Positions 40,603-53,537 of a stretch of DNA of 64,000 bases are shown in pieces. Below the pieces are notes generated by a model. That model was not told the origin of the DNA. It made no database searches and was given only the letters and a program-made list of their open reading frames with translations. The position numbers were made by a program, and so were the translations under genes. The stretch covers positions 1,024,001 through 1,088,000 of the forward strand of contig CM000152.2 of the NCBI GenBank assembly GCA_000004695.1. Reading direction: 5' to 3'. Position 1 is the first letter of the stretch. Each line of letters opens with the position of its first letter. The stretch comes from Dictyostelium discoideum (lineage: Eukaryota).

Positions 40603-42276
40603 TATAAGCACAACATTGCAATGATATTAACCTACCACCAACCCCATTCATATCTTTATATATTATAAAATATTATATTTTTAATATATATATTTTTTTT
40701 TTTATATTTTATAGCCAATTGCAATCATTGTATCAAAGAAAGAAGATATTGAGTCAGCAGTTAAAAATTATAAACCAAGTTCACAAGCTTCATCAACTCC
40801 AGTTCAAGAAGAAGCACCAAAACCAAAACAAGAAGCACCAAAAAAATCAACTAAAACTTGTAAATAATTCATCATACATTTCTATCATATATATTTATAT
40901 GCATTTTGATAATACATTAAATTGATTTGATATTTTTGTTAACATTTCATTTTTTTTTTATATTTTTATTTTTAGACCCAGCTCATAAAGTTGTAGGTAT
41001 GCCAGCATTATCACCAAGTATGGAAACTGGTGGTATTGCATCATGGACAAAGAAAGAAGGTGATCAAATTAAAGCAGGTGATGCAATTGCTGAAGTTGAA
41101 ACTGATAAAGCAACTATGGATTTCCAATATGAAGATGGTAATGGTTATTTAGCAAAGATTTTAGTTCCAGGTGGTACATCTGGTATTCAAATTAATCAAC
41201 CAGTTTGTATTATAGTAAAGAACAAAGAAGATTGTGATAAATTTGCTGATTATTCAGTTGAAGAACAATCATCATCATCATCATCATCATCACAAGAATC
41301 AACTCCATCATCATCATCATCATCATCACAAGAATCAACACCATCACAATCATCATCACAACAAACTACACGTAAATCTGGTGAAAGAATTTTCGCTACA
41401 CCAGCAGCAAGATTTGAGGCATCATCAAAAGGATATGATCTTTCAGCAATCAATGGTACTGGTCCAAATAATAGAATTCTTAAAGCTGATGTTTTAGAAT
41501 TTGTACCACAAAAACAAGAAGTTGCTCAACAACAACAACAACAAACTACTACCACCACTAAAAAACCAACTACACCAACTTCATCAGGTGAATTCACTGA
41601 TATTCCACATAGTAATATTCGTAAGGTTACTGCAGCTCGTCTTACAGAATCAAAACAAACCATTCCACATTATTATCTCACAATGGAATGTCGTGTTGAT
41701 AAACTCTTAAAACTTCGTTCAGAATTGAATGCAATGAACACTGTTAAAATCTCTGTCAATGATTTCATTGTTAAAGCATCCGCTGCCGCCCTTCGTGATA
41801 ATCCAGTCGTAAATTCAACATGGACCGATCAATTCATTAGAAGATATCACAACATTGATATCAACGTTGCCGTCAATACACCACAAGGTTTATTCACTCC
41901 AATCGTTAGAGGTGTCGATATGAAAGGTCTCAACTCTATCTCAACCTCTGTTAAACAATTGGCTGAAAAAGCTCAAAATGGTAAATTACACCCATCCGAA
42001 TTTGAAAGTGGTACTTTCACTATCTCTAACTTGGGTATGCTCGGTATTAAACAATTCGCAGCAGTCATCAATCCACCACAAGCTGCTATCTTGGCCGTTG
42101 GTACCACAGAAACTCGTGTCGTTTTAAGCAATAAACCAGACTCACCATATGAAACCGCTACCATTTTATCCGTTACCTTAAGTTGTGATCATCGTGTTAT
42201 CGATGGTGCTGTAGGTGCTGAATGGTTAAAGAGCTTCAAAGATTATGTTGAAAATCCAATCAAATTAATCTTATAA
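39899..42276 (+). CDS. pdhC: Pyruvate dehydrogenase complex E2 (dihydrolipoyllysine-residue acetyltransferase), mitochondrial, 4 exons (39899..40145, 40325..40539, 40715..40859, 40976..42276)
   Basis: Mitochondrial presequence [19 protein letters not shown].. and two lipoyl domains ([43 protein letters not shown].. and [42 protein letters not shown]..). E3-binding domain [36 protein letters not shown]. Catalytic 2-oxoacid acyltransferase domain with DHRVIDGA. Donors are GTAGGT, GTAATG and GTAAAT; acceptors ATAG, TATAG and TTTAG, with phases consistent. About 635 aa. Confidence 0.8.
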
Positions 42277-42864
42277 ATAATTTAAATATAAATAAAAAAG
42301 CAACATATTAATAAAAAAAAATAAAATAAATCATATTTATATATATATATATATATATCATGATTTATAAAGTTAAAAATAAATTTCAGATTGTGTAATT
42401 TTGAATTGTTAATTAATAATATTATTGTTTTATTTTTATTATTATTTTATTATTATTATTTTCATTATCATTATTATTTTTATAAGAAAAGAAAAGAAAA
42501 GAAATGGAAAAAAAGGATATAAAAATAATAATAAAAAAACTTTACAAAAGATTCAAAAAAAAAAATATAGCATGCTGCAGAACTTAAACAATTAATAAAT
42601 AAAAACACAAAAATAAAAAAAGAATCATTAGAAAAGATAAATCATGTGAAAATAATAATAATAGTTATAAAATTTGCTTTTATAAAATTTTTTATTAAAT
42701 TTTAAAAAATTTATCATTTTTAAATTTAGTTTGGATTTTTCCTTTTATAAAAATTAAAAAAGACTTGTTTCAATTCAATCCATTTCGAATTTTTAGTTAC
42801 AATATAGTTGCTAGAGTTATGGCTGATTTTTTCTTGTTTAATTTTTTATTATAATAGTAGCTGC

Positions 42865-43006
42865 TTCAATTATTAAAATTGGCTGCATCAATTACAAAAT
42901 ATGGTTCATTTCTACCAGGAATGGTGAAATTAAAACCTGAGGAACTATTTATTTTAAAAATTTATTTGTAAGTAATGGTTTTTATTATTTTTTATTTTTT
43001 TATTAC

Positions 43007-43086
<80 letters not shown>

Positions 43087-43468
43087 TAAAATAAACTTAC
43101 CTGTTTTTTTCAATTTTTGGGAATTGTACATAAGTTGCTTTAGGATTTAACAAGTCTGGGATATCTGACGATATATCAAAAGCTTGGCCAATAGCTTTTG
43201 GATCAAAACCCATGTGGATATCTGTGGCAGTAGAATCCCCGTTGTTATGAACTTGAACTCCATATCTAGAAAAATGAGTTACACCCACATCCCATTCAGA
43301 TTGTTTGGTAGTTTCCACTGTCACTGCATTGAAATCAGAGGCTTTAACACACTTACATGAACCGTTTGATGTAACACTAACTTCCTTAGCACCACATGGA
43401 CTATTTTTACAACCATAAGCAAAAACAAAAGTGAAGATAAAAATACAAAGGACTGCCAAGAATTTCAT
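42865..43468 (-). CDS. Small secreted CBM49-like protein family member S1, 2 exons (43101..43468, 42865..42943), about 149 aa
   Basis: Signal peptide MKFLAVLCIFIFTFVFAYG and Cys-rich CKNSPCGAKEVSVTSNGSCKCV. Then SEWDVGVTHFSRYGVQVHNNG..KATYVQFPKIEKN, donor AAC AG|GTAAGT, and an intron packed with (AAT)n. Exon 2 reads SSGFNFTIPGRNEPYFVIDAANFNN*. Confidence 0.65.
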
Positions 43469-43659
43469 TTTGATGGTTTTTTTTTTTTTTTTAAAAATAT
43501 AGGTTTTTTTTGTTTTGAAAAAGATTAAATGTTTTATATTTGTTTATTATATATTTGTTTTGGTTTGGAAAATAAAAAAAAAAGACATTTTATTTATAAT
43601 TTTTTTTATATTTTTTTTATTTTTTTTATTTTTTTTTTTTTAACTCTGAATTAGTTTTT

Positions 43660-43900
43660 ATTAATTAAAAAAATTACAAAAATTAGAAATATCAATAAAA
43701 TTTGAAAAGAAATATATTGGGATAATTAATTTTTTAGGGAAATTTTCCATTTGTTAAATATACCCCTCAAAATTTCTTATTCGACCTTTAATTAATCTTA
43801 AATAATCTGGATTCTCTATAAATTATAACGGCATTATTAATATTCCATGCTCAAAAATTCTTTCTAGTTATTTTTCATATGAGTGGTTAATTATAATAAA
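43660..43900. repeat. Conserved upstream (promoter-region) block U of the small-secreted-protein family, copy 1
   Basis: It shares the motifs ..ggattctctataaattataacggcattat.. and ..tttcatatgagtggttaatt.. with 49790-50010, 51890-52130 and 52490-52720. Confidence 0.5.
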
Positions 43901-44094
43901 AATGAAATCATTCCAAAAAATTTTTTATTATTATAAAATTTTTTATAATTTTTATTTACACCAACTTTTCATTTTTACATAAAATTTATTATCTATAATA
44001 TCAGGTTCTAATCCAAAAGAATACAACATTAAATTTGGTTGAGTCATTTGCTTTTTTCTTGGTCAAGAGTTTACCATTTTTTTTTATTAAAAGT

Positions 44095-44210
44095 AGGAAA
44101 TAATTATGAATTTATTTCTATTTTTTTTTTATTGATAGAAGGAGATAATTATGAATTTTTTTTTTTTTTTATTAATAGAAGGAAATAATTATGAATTTGT
44201 TTATTTAATT
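44095..44210. repeat. 3 tandem copies of an imperfect 37-bp repeat (tagaaggaaataattatgaattt..)
   Basis: Direct reading: ..gtaggaaataattatgaatttatttct.. / ..tagaaggagataattatgaattttttt.. / ..tagaaggaaataattatgaatttgttt.. Confidence 0.7.
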
Positions 44211-44325
44211 AAAAAAACACAACTGAAAAAAAAAAATTTAAAGAAATATTTAACAACCCGATTAACATAATTAGTAAAAATAATAAAATTTTTTTTTTTT
44301 TCACAAGTCAAAAAATTATACCTAT

Positions 44326-44710
44326 TTAGTTTAATTTAATTTAATTTAATTTAATTTAATTTAATTTTTGATTTTAAAATGTTCATAAAGACAAAAGATT
44401 TCTGTGTAAATTTTTAAAATAATATTATTTTTCCAAAAATACATATTCTTTTTTACAATAATATGTTTTTTTTTTTTAAAAGAAAAAAATAAAAATAGCT
44501 TTACTTTTAAAATGAAATACGTATTTTTTAAGATTTTCTGGAAACTTCTAAATTTGAATGAAAAAAAAAAAATAATATTATTTTAAAAAAAAATATCTAT
44601 TTTTAGACAATAATATTACCATTAAAAACCACTCATTTTTTAAAATTAAATGAAAAAAAATTAAATTGAATTAAATTAAATTAAATTAAATTAAATTAAA
44701 TTAAATTAAA
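44326..44710. repeat. Inverted pair of pentanucleotide arrays: (TTTAA/ATTTA)n at 44326-44367 and its reverse complement (AAATT)n at 44655-44710, flanking about 290 bp
   Basis: tttaatttaatttaatttaattt... and ...aaattaaattaaattaaattaaat are exact reverse complements. Confidence 0.7.
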
Positions 44711-44879
44711 TAAAATAATTTAGTAAAATTACACCAAGTCCTAAATTATACAAAATGTAAAAAAAAAAAAAAATTATAAACAGAAAAAAAAAATAAAAAA
44801 TGTAAAAAATAAATAATGTTATTAATTAATAACGTTTTTTTTTATTTTTTTTTATGTTGACTCTCTTATATTGGAAACA

Positions 44880-45300
44880 ATATCTTCCAATGTATGAGAT
44901 ATGTGTTACTTTTCGTATTATTCCAAAAACATTTCAAAATCACTATAGTCAACCATTCATTCACTTTGAGTTGTATTTCCTTGTGAAATAATGGAAAAGA
45001 GATATGATAAACTTGTTATCATATCTCGATACGAATCAGTTGGCTTTTTAAAACATCCTTTATCTAATGTGCTTTATCGTGCAATTGCTGCTGAATCTAC
45101 CTCTATTGATATTGAAACTCCCACTGATTACGAAATCCAAAAAAAAAATACTATTCTGGTAAAAGCAAAGTCATGTGGTCAAATTTCATTGTGAGGTATG
45201 CACTAGATTATACAGATTATTGTTACTACATCCTGAGGGATTCCCAGGTTCCGTTCATGATCAAATATATACTATAAAAGACCAAAATAGAGAGCCATAA
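44880..45300 (+). mobile_element. Degenerate Harbinger/PIF-type (DDE_Tnp_4) transposase remnant, frameshifted and truncated
   Basis: Locally GC-richer island. Frame 0 gives DKLVIISRYESVGFLKHPLSNVLYRAIAAESTSIDIETP..YEIQKKNTILVKAKSCGQISL, and after a +1 shift near 45190 ..VCTRLYRLLLLHPEGFPGSVHDQIYTIKDQN* follows. PGSVHD and I-A-A-x-x-T-x-I-x-I-x-x-P correspond to the GWPGSVHD and IGAIDGTHIxIxxP motifs of Harbinger transposases. Confidence 0.4.
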
Positions 45301-45944
45301 TACTATAATAATGGTCAAATTATTCGTAAACATGATAGCTTTCCAATTATTTTAAATAACCAAATCTCTTACTTTTAATACTTTGTTATTAATTTTATTT
45401 TATTATTATTTTTTTTATTTTTTTTTTTTATTATTATTAAAATAATTATATTATTGGTATTTTTTATTTTTTATTATTTTATTATATATATATCTTCACC
45501 TAATTTTTTTTTTTTTTTTTTTGTTATCCCAGATTTTAATTTTTTATTCATCCTTTTTTATTATATTTTAGTTATTTTATTTAACAACAAACACTGTTCT
45601 TTTTCTTTTATTTCTTTAAGTTTATCTTTGTCGAATTCAATGCCAAAACCATCATTATATGTTTCTTCAAGATCAGCTAACATACAGAGTATTAAGACGA
45701 TTTAGTAAATGATCCAAATTTACTCAGTATGTTGAAATTATTTTAAAATGATTAATTTTTAAAAAAAAGTTTTCCACATACACACAGTTGGAGCTTACAA
45801 AAAAAATAAAAAAAAATAAAAAAATAAAAAAATAAAAATATTTACACCAACTTTTCATTTTTTCATAAAATTTAATAATAAAAAAAAAAAAAAATGAAAA
45901 AAAATAAAGTTTATTTCCAATCTTGGATTGTATATTTGGAAAAA

Positions 45945-45968
45945 AAGGGGTTATTAAAAAATAACCCC
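45945..45968. repeat. Perfect palindrome aggggttatt-aaaaa-aataacccct
   Basis: 10-bp arms read directly; potential hairpin. Confidence 0.8.
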
Positions 45969-46229
45969 TTTGCATTCAATGTTTTTTTAATAACTTCCAT
46001 ATTATAATATTTTTTCCATTTTTTTTTTTAATTAATCAGAGAAATTTTTTTTTTAATTATTTATAATTTATTATTAATTATGGGACACCCAATCCAAAAA
46101 AAAGACATTCTCCTTTTTTTCGCAAAAAAACATCTTTTTTTTCACAGGAATATAATTTTGAATTTAAATTGTTTATAAAAACTAAAATATTGGTAAAATA
46201 TGATGTGGAATTTTACATAATTCACTATA

Positions 46230-46620
46230 ATACAGATCTTGCCTTAAACCAGTTACCTAACTTTTTGGATTTGTTGGAATTATATATTTTTTAAAGAAAT
46301 ATTATTTTGGATATGTTTACATTTAAAAAAAAGAAAATATATTTTTTTAAATGTAAACATTAAACTATTAAAGCACTAATCCAGGACTTCATGGTCCAGT
46401 GGTTTATGTAAAGGATGTCGACATTTAAGATTTTTTTACTCATTAATATATATTTATTATTTTATTTAATACTTATAAGTTGAGCCTTTAAACCATCAGC
46501 ATTTGTATATGTATTTATAAGATCAGCTTTCCCGGTTAATTTACATAATTCCCCGCAAAGTGACAAAATCTTGCCATGAACCAGTTGTTGAACTGCTTGT
46601 TTTTTAAAATTTAATTTAAC
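46230..46620. pseudogene. Scrambled fragments of the C-type lysozyme gene (exon-3 piece in + orientation at 46391-46420, exon-2 pieces in - orientation at 46230-46270 and 46470-46620)
   Basis: catggtccagtggtttatgtaaaggatg is the sense exon-3 sequence of the intact lysozyme (52940..53754), here on the opposite strand. ..gagcctttaaaccatcagcatttgtat..ataagatcagctttcc..aaaatcttgccatgaaccagttgttgaactgcttg matches the antisense of lysozyme exon 2 with many substitutions. Confidence 0.45.
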
Positions 46621-47094
46621 ACAAGTACATATCTGAAAATTGTGGGGGGAAATTACAAATTTTAATAAAAAATTTAATTTAAAATGTTTATCAATTTGGA
46701 CATCTGTTTAATATAATAAAAATTAGTAGAGTTGGTACTTCTGTTTTAAACAAAAGTATTTAATTATAATAAAATTAATAAATTTTTATTATGACGATAA
46801 CTATTATAGTTTGAATTAATTATAACAAGATTTTATAACATATCTTGTTACGAAAAAAGATTAAAATTGGGTAGAGTGAAATAAAAAAATAAAAAAGTTC
46901 AAACAAATAATAACAAAGAAAAAAAAAAAAAAAAAAAAACTGCGACAAAATTGAAAATAAGTTCATTGCCCGATTTTTTTAGAACTAAAGTGGTAAGAAA
47001 AAAAATTGGAATCTTGGTACATATTTTTGAAAATAAAATTTTTTTTTGTTTTATTTTTTTTTTTTTTGCAGATATTTATATCAGTTTAAATGAA

Positions 47095-47825
47095 ACTTTT
47101 ATTTTATTTTTTTTTTTTTTTTGAGAAGGAGTAGTAGTTTTACTTTTTATTTTTAATAAGTAACTGCATAGATTGCTAAGTTTGGTTCATTGTGACCTGC
47201 AATAATTGCACCAAAACCAAAGGTACTATTATATTTTAATAATTTAAAATTAGTTTTACAAACAATTATTTTTATTATTATTTATTATTAATTTTAAAAA
47301 TATTAAACTTACGTGTTTCTTTCAATTGCTGGAATGTAAGTTGGGAGAGTAAGTTCACCATTTTCCATTCTTCTGATATTCCAAATTTGGACATAATCCT
47401 TTGCACCAATGTTTGGATTAACACCAATGAAGAGATTTGAGATATCAGTAACTAAATTATTATTTTTAATTTGGAAATCATATTGAGCAAAATGAGTTCC
47501 GTTTAAGTCCCATTCTGATTTTTTACTAGATTCTAATGTTACATCAAAGCATTTTGAAATTTCAATACAATTACAAGAACCCTTCATGGTATAGCAAATT
47601 CTACCGGCACCACATGGATTATTAGTATAACAACCATAATGATTTGCATAAGCAAAAGCAACTGTTAAGATAAAAATACATAAGACTGCTAAGAATTTCA
47701 TTTTGAAAGTTTAAATTATTGTTATTTTTTTATTATTAAAAAAAAGTTATTTAATTATTAAATATGTTAATTTGATTGTTAATGATTTTTTTTTATAAAA
47801 AAAAAATTTCTATTTATACATTTTC

Positions 47826-47861
<36 letters not shown>

Positions 47862-47990
47862 ATAACCCAATGTATTAATACATTTTTATATACTTTTTTT
47901 TTAATTTATTAAATTACAAAAAAATTTTATTACAAACAATTTTTAAAAAAAATAGTAGATCAAAATTATTTTAAAATTTGTAAATTCTTT
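47095..47990. repeat. About 0.9-kb duplicon copy 1 carrying family gene T1; near-identical copies at 54225-55090 and 55905-56780
   Basis: Coding and flanking sequence are nearly identical among the three copies: the shared 3' flank ..agtagttttacttttt..taataagtaactgcatagattgctaagtttgg.. and the shared 5' flank ..gttatttaattattaaatatgttaat..tagatcaaaattattttaaa.. Confidence 0.75.
47153..47701 (-). CDS. Small secreted CBM49-like protein family member T1, 2 exons (47313..47701, 47153..47225), 153 aa
   Basis: MKFLAVLCIFILTVAFAYANHYGCYTNNPCGAGRICYTMKGSCNCIEISKCFDVTLESSKKSEWDLNGTHFAQYDFQIKNNNLVTDISNLFIGVNPNIGAKDYVQIWNIRRMENGELTLPTYIPAIERNT | TFGFGAIIAGHNEPNLAIYAVTY*. Donor AAC AC|GTAAGT, acceptor AATATAATAG, phase 2. 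Confidence 0.7.
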
Positions 47991-48439
47991 TTTTTTTTTT
48001 TTTTTTTTTTTTTATGCAACTAAAAAATTAAATTTAAAAATAATAATTTTAAAAAATTGAGTGGTAATAAATATTAATTTTTTACTAAACATTTTTTTTT
48101 AATAAAAAATTAAAAAATAAAAAAATATATAAAAAGATTTAAATATATCTATTTTATTAAAAAAAAAAAAAAAAAATATGTTTTTAATAAAAAAATTAAA
48201 AATGAAATTCTTTGTAGTTATAAATTTTTTTTTTTTTTAATTATAAACCAATTCAAAAATACTTATTAATTTATAATAAAAATTATAAAAAAAAAAAAAG
48301 ATGAAATAATCAAATGAGCCATGTCAATGAAACAAATAATTTGAAATCCTTTTAGAGTATAGATTGTTGGATTAAATTTTTTTTTTTTTTATTTTTTATT
48401 TCAACTGCCCACATAAAAAAAAAGATACCGCCCCACACT

Positions 48440-48620
48440 TTTTTATATATTGTTTTTTTTTTTCTAAACAACTGGACCATGTATTACAAGGATTGAGCTT
48501 TTTGTAATTTAATGATAATTATTTAAGATTTTTTATTCATTAATATATATGTTATTTTTATTATTTTATTAAAAACTTTACCTTGAGCCTATAAAGTAGC
48601 AGCATCACATGTGGCAGTTA
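48440..48620 (-). pseudogene. Decayed fragment of the C-type lysozyme gene (parts of exons 3 and 2)
   Basis: ..aactggaccat..attgagcttt.. and ..ttaccttgagcctataaagtagcagcatcacatgtggcag.. parallel 53190-53220 and 53318-53360 of the intact copy, with many substitutions and indels. Confidence 0.4.
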
Positions 48621-48789
48621 AAAATAAATAAAAAAAAAATAAAAAAAAAAAAAAAAAAAAAAAAAGATCTAAAATTTAGAATTAAATAAATATAAAACAA
48701 AAATAATAAAACAAATCATATATATGATATTTAAAGTTAAATAAATTTAAGATTGTGTAAATTTGTTAATTAAATATAATAGCATATTT

Positions 48790-48950
<161 letters not shown>

Positions 48951-49056
48951 TTATTTCTTCTTTAATACAGCTTTTTTTAAATTAGATGTTGTAATTTAAT
49001 ATTTTTAATTCTTTATCATCGGCTGATTATTTTTTCATATTTACTTTTTTTTTTTT

Positions 49057-49184
49057 CTAAAAAGTAACTGCATCAAGGATTATATTTGGTTCATCAAAAC
49101 CAATTGTAGTGATAGCAAAACTATAGTCACTATTTATTTAAAAGTATTTTTGTAAGTAATGGTTTTTTATTATTATTATTATTA

Positions 49185-49234
<50 letters not shown>

Positions 49235-49252
49235 TAATTATTTTTATTTTTA

Positions 49253-49308
<56 letters not shown>

Positions 49309-49686
49309 TTAAAATTAAACTTACCTGTTTCTTTCAATTCTTGCAATGGGTCTTTTATAGGTGAGCATTTTTTCGGGATCATTGGATATCAAACTCAAAG
49401 AACTGTCAAGAACTCCTGAATCTATAGACATTATAACATTTGTTATAGGGAAATTACTCCAATTATGAACTTTAACTTTATATATATTAAAATGATTTTC
49501 ACCCATATCCCATTCTATTAATTTGGTAGTGTTTATTGTCACATCGGTGAAACCTTCAGCGTCAATACAATCACATAAAAAATATGAGGTAACACTAATT
49601 GTACCATTACCACATGGATTGTCATCACAACCATATGCAAAAGCAACAGAGAAGATAAAAATACATAGGACTGCTAAGAATTTCAT
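49057..49686 (-). CDS. Small secreted CBM49-like protein family member S2, 2 exons (49325..49686, 49057..49129), about 145 aa
   Basis: MKFLAVLCIFIFSVAFAYGCDDNPCGNGTISVTSYFLCDCIDAEGFTDVTINTTKLIEWDMGENHFNIYKVKVHNWSNFPITNV...KRPIARIERN | SDYSFAITTIGFDEPNIILDAVTF*. Donor AAC AG|GTAAGT, with an (AAT)n intron. Confidence 0.65.
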
Positions 49687-49789
49687 TTTGATAGTTTTTT
49701 TTTTTTTTTTTTTTTAGAAAAAACGATAATTTATAAATTATTTGTTTTTGATTTGGAATAAATAAAATGAAAAAAAATTTTAATTTATA

Positions 49790-50010
49790 GTTTTTTTTTT
49801 TTTTTAATTGAATATAGGGATTAATCTATGAATAATTTAAGCTTTAATTTTTTTATTTTTATTTTCCATATTTGTTTAAACTACTTCCAACTGGTATTTT
49901 CTCTTCTGATTTTAAATATATTATATTATTTGGAGATTCTCTATAATAATAACCACATTATATTACTCCTTTATTGAATTGTTTTTTTTTGTTTTTTTTC
50001 ATATGAGTGG
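49790..50010. repeat. Conserved upstream block U, copy 2
   Basis: ..ggagattctctataataataaccacattat..ttttcatatgagtggttaatt.. Confidence 0.5.
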
Positions 50011-50553
50011 TTAATTAAAAAAAAAAAAAAAAAATATATTATTCCACGCACTTTTTTTTGAAAGAAATATTATTTTGGAAATGTGGGCAGATAAAAAAAA
50101 AAAAAAAAAAAAAAGTAACACAACAATTTCAAAAAAGTACCAAAGTTAAATTTTATTAGAGAAAAAAAAAAGTTCACCCTTTTTTTAAAATATATACATA
50201 TATATTTTTTTTTTTACACATTAATTTAAACTTTTGGTGCTTTTTTGAAATTGTTGTGAATTCCACAAACATTTTTTCAAAGTTATAATTTCGTATTTTT
50301 TGTGGTCAAAAAAAAAAAAAAAAAAAAAAAAAACAATATAATAAAATAGAAATAAATAATAAAAACCAAAACATTGGAATTATATAATGTTTGAATTTTT
50401 CTTTTTCTGACCACAAATTGGAAAAAAAAATAAAGAATTTACTTTATAATAATTTTTAATTTATTATTTATTTTTACTATTTTTAATGTTGCCATATTTT
50501 TTAAATGAAAGTGGAGGAAAAAACATTTATTGTCCTGGTACATATTTTTGAAA

Positions 50554-50910
<357 letters not shown>

Positions 50911-51081
50911 AGTTTGCACACTTTTTGTAATTACAATAATATTTTTTTTTTTTTTTTAATTTTTTTTTTATATTATTACACTATTTTTTTTTTTTTTTTT
51001 TACTAAAAAACCACCATATTGATTAAATAATATTTTTAATTCTTTATCATTGGATGATTTTTTTTTCATGCAAACTTTTTT

Positions 51082-51724
<643 letters not shown>

Positions 51725-51889
51725 TTTGTTTTTTTTTTTTTTTTTTTTTAAAAAAAAAAGATATCTTTTTTTTATTATTGTCTAGGAAAAAAGCTAATAA
51801 TTTAATAATTTGTTTTTGATTCGGAAATAAATAGAATAAAAAACTTTCAATTTATAGTCTTTTTTTATTTATTTTTTATTAAGAGAATA

Positions 51890-52130
51890 AATTACAAAAA
51901 TTACAACAATTAAAAAATAAATAACAATTAAAGAATAAAATAGGTTATTAATTTTTATTTTTGTTTCCCACATTTGTTTAAAATACTACCAAATTGATAT
52001 TCCATATTTCGATTTTAAAAAGATTATATTATGTGGAGATTCTCATAAATTATAACGACATTATAAATAATAAACGTTCATTAAATTATTTTTGGTTTTT
52101 TTCATATTAGTGGTTATTTATAATAAAAAA
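51890..52130. repeat. Conserved upstream block U, copy 3
   Basis: ..ggagattctcataaattataacgacattat..tttcatattagtggttattt.. Confidence 0.5.
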
Positions 52131-52256
52131 AAAAAACAAGGATTTTACACAAACCTTTTTTTTTTAAAGAAAAATAATATTGAAATTTTTGTATATGTGG
52201 GCAGTTAAAAAAAAAGCATTTTACCCCACAATTTAAGATAAATGGGGAGATAAAAA

Positions 52257-52295
<39 letters not shown>

Positions 52296-52369
52296 AAATA
52301 TAATAAAATATAAATAATGAATAAAAACCAATATTGGTATTATATGATGTTGGGATTTTTACTTATTTA

Positions 52370-52440
52370 CTACAATGTGAATAAGATCTTGTCATAAACT
52401 AGTTGTTTGAAATGCTTGGATTTGTTTCTGTTAAATTCCA
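52370..52440 (-). pseudogene. Fragment of C-type lysozyme exon 2 (5' end)
   Basis: gtgaataagatcttgtcataaactagttgtttgaaatgcttggatttgtttctgttaaattccatc versus the intact copy gtgaagcaagatcttgccataaaccagttgctgaactgcttggatttgtagctgttggattccatc. Both are followed by a poly-T run. Confidence 0.45.
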
Positions 52441-52489
52441 TCTTTTTTTTTTTTTTTTTTTTTTTTTTTATTTTTTTTTTTTATTGATT

Positions 52490-52720
52490 AAATAAATTAC
52501 AAAAATTAGAAACATCAATAAAAATTAAAGAATATAATAGGTTATTAATTTTTTTTATTTTTGTTTTCCAAGTTTGTTTAATATACTACTCGATACTTCC
52601 TTTTTCAATTTTTAAAATATTATATTATGAGGAGATTGTTAAATAAATCGACATTTTAATCATTACACGTTCTTTAAATTGTTTTTTGTTTTTTTTAATA
52701 TGAGAGGTTAATAATAATAA
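52490..52720. repeat. Conserved upstream block U, copy 4 (orphan: no intact family gene downstream)
   Basis: ..gaggagattgttaaataaatcgacatttt..ttaatatgagaggttaataat.. Confidence 0.45.
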
Positions 52721-52939
52721 TAAAAAAAAGATTTTATACCACATCTTTTTCTTTATCTTTTTTTTCATCTTTTTTTAATTTCATTTTAATGGTATTAAAA
52801 TTTGATATTTTCTTTGCAGAGTTAATAATGAAAAAAAAAATAAAAAAATATTTTTTTCTTAAGGATCTTGAATTATCAAATTTATTTATTTTTATTTACA
52901 TTATAATTATTATTATTTTTATTATTACTATTATTATTT

Positions 52940-53479
52940 TTATTGTCTTGAAATAAATTCAAATTCAGTGACTGAACCTGAACCTGAACCACTACCTGAA
53001 CCTGATGAACCTGATGAACTTCCTGAACCTGATGAGCTTCCTGAACCTGATGAGCTTCCTGAACCTGATGAGCTTCCTGAGCCTGATGTTGAGCTTCCTG
53101 AACCTGATGTTGAGCTTGTTGTTGAGCTTACTGATGATGTTGATGTACCAGAAGCCATACATGTGTTCCATCCTTTACATAAACCACTGGACCAAGTAGT
53201 CCAAGCATTGAGCTTTAAATAATTTAAAAAAAAAAAAAAAATTAATATTAAATTATCGATAATATTAATTTTTTTTATTTTTTATTTTTTTTTTTTTTAA
53301 TTATTTTATTTAAAACTTACACCTTGAGCCTTTAAAATAGCAGCAGCGCATGCAGCATTTACATCTGGGTTCATAAGATCAGTTTTTCCTGTACATTTGC
53401 ATAATTCACCACAATGTGAAGCAAGATCTTGCCATAAACCAGTTGCTGAACTGCTTGGATTTGTAGCTGTTGGATTCCA

Positions 53480-53537
<58 letters not shown>

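Noticed and set aside
40719-40925. ORF 40719..40925 (+), 68 aa, H/Q/K-rich
   Set aside because: It overlaps pdhC exon 3 in another frame. The in-frame reading ([19 protein letters not shown]..) continues the lipoyl domain and splices correctly.
45724-45975. ORF 45724..45975 (-), 83 aa
   Set aside because: It is a low-complexity F/K-rich translation of AT-rich DNA. The only notable element there is the 10-bp palindrome at 45945-45968, which is reported separately.
52968-53222. Plus-strand ORF encoding PEPDELPEPDEL repeats (and 53005..53199, 53397..53705)
   Set aside because: It is antisense to the lysozyme exon-3 Ser/Gly repeat and to exons 1-2. The periodicity is a mirror of the sense-strand 18-bp repeat.
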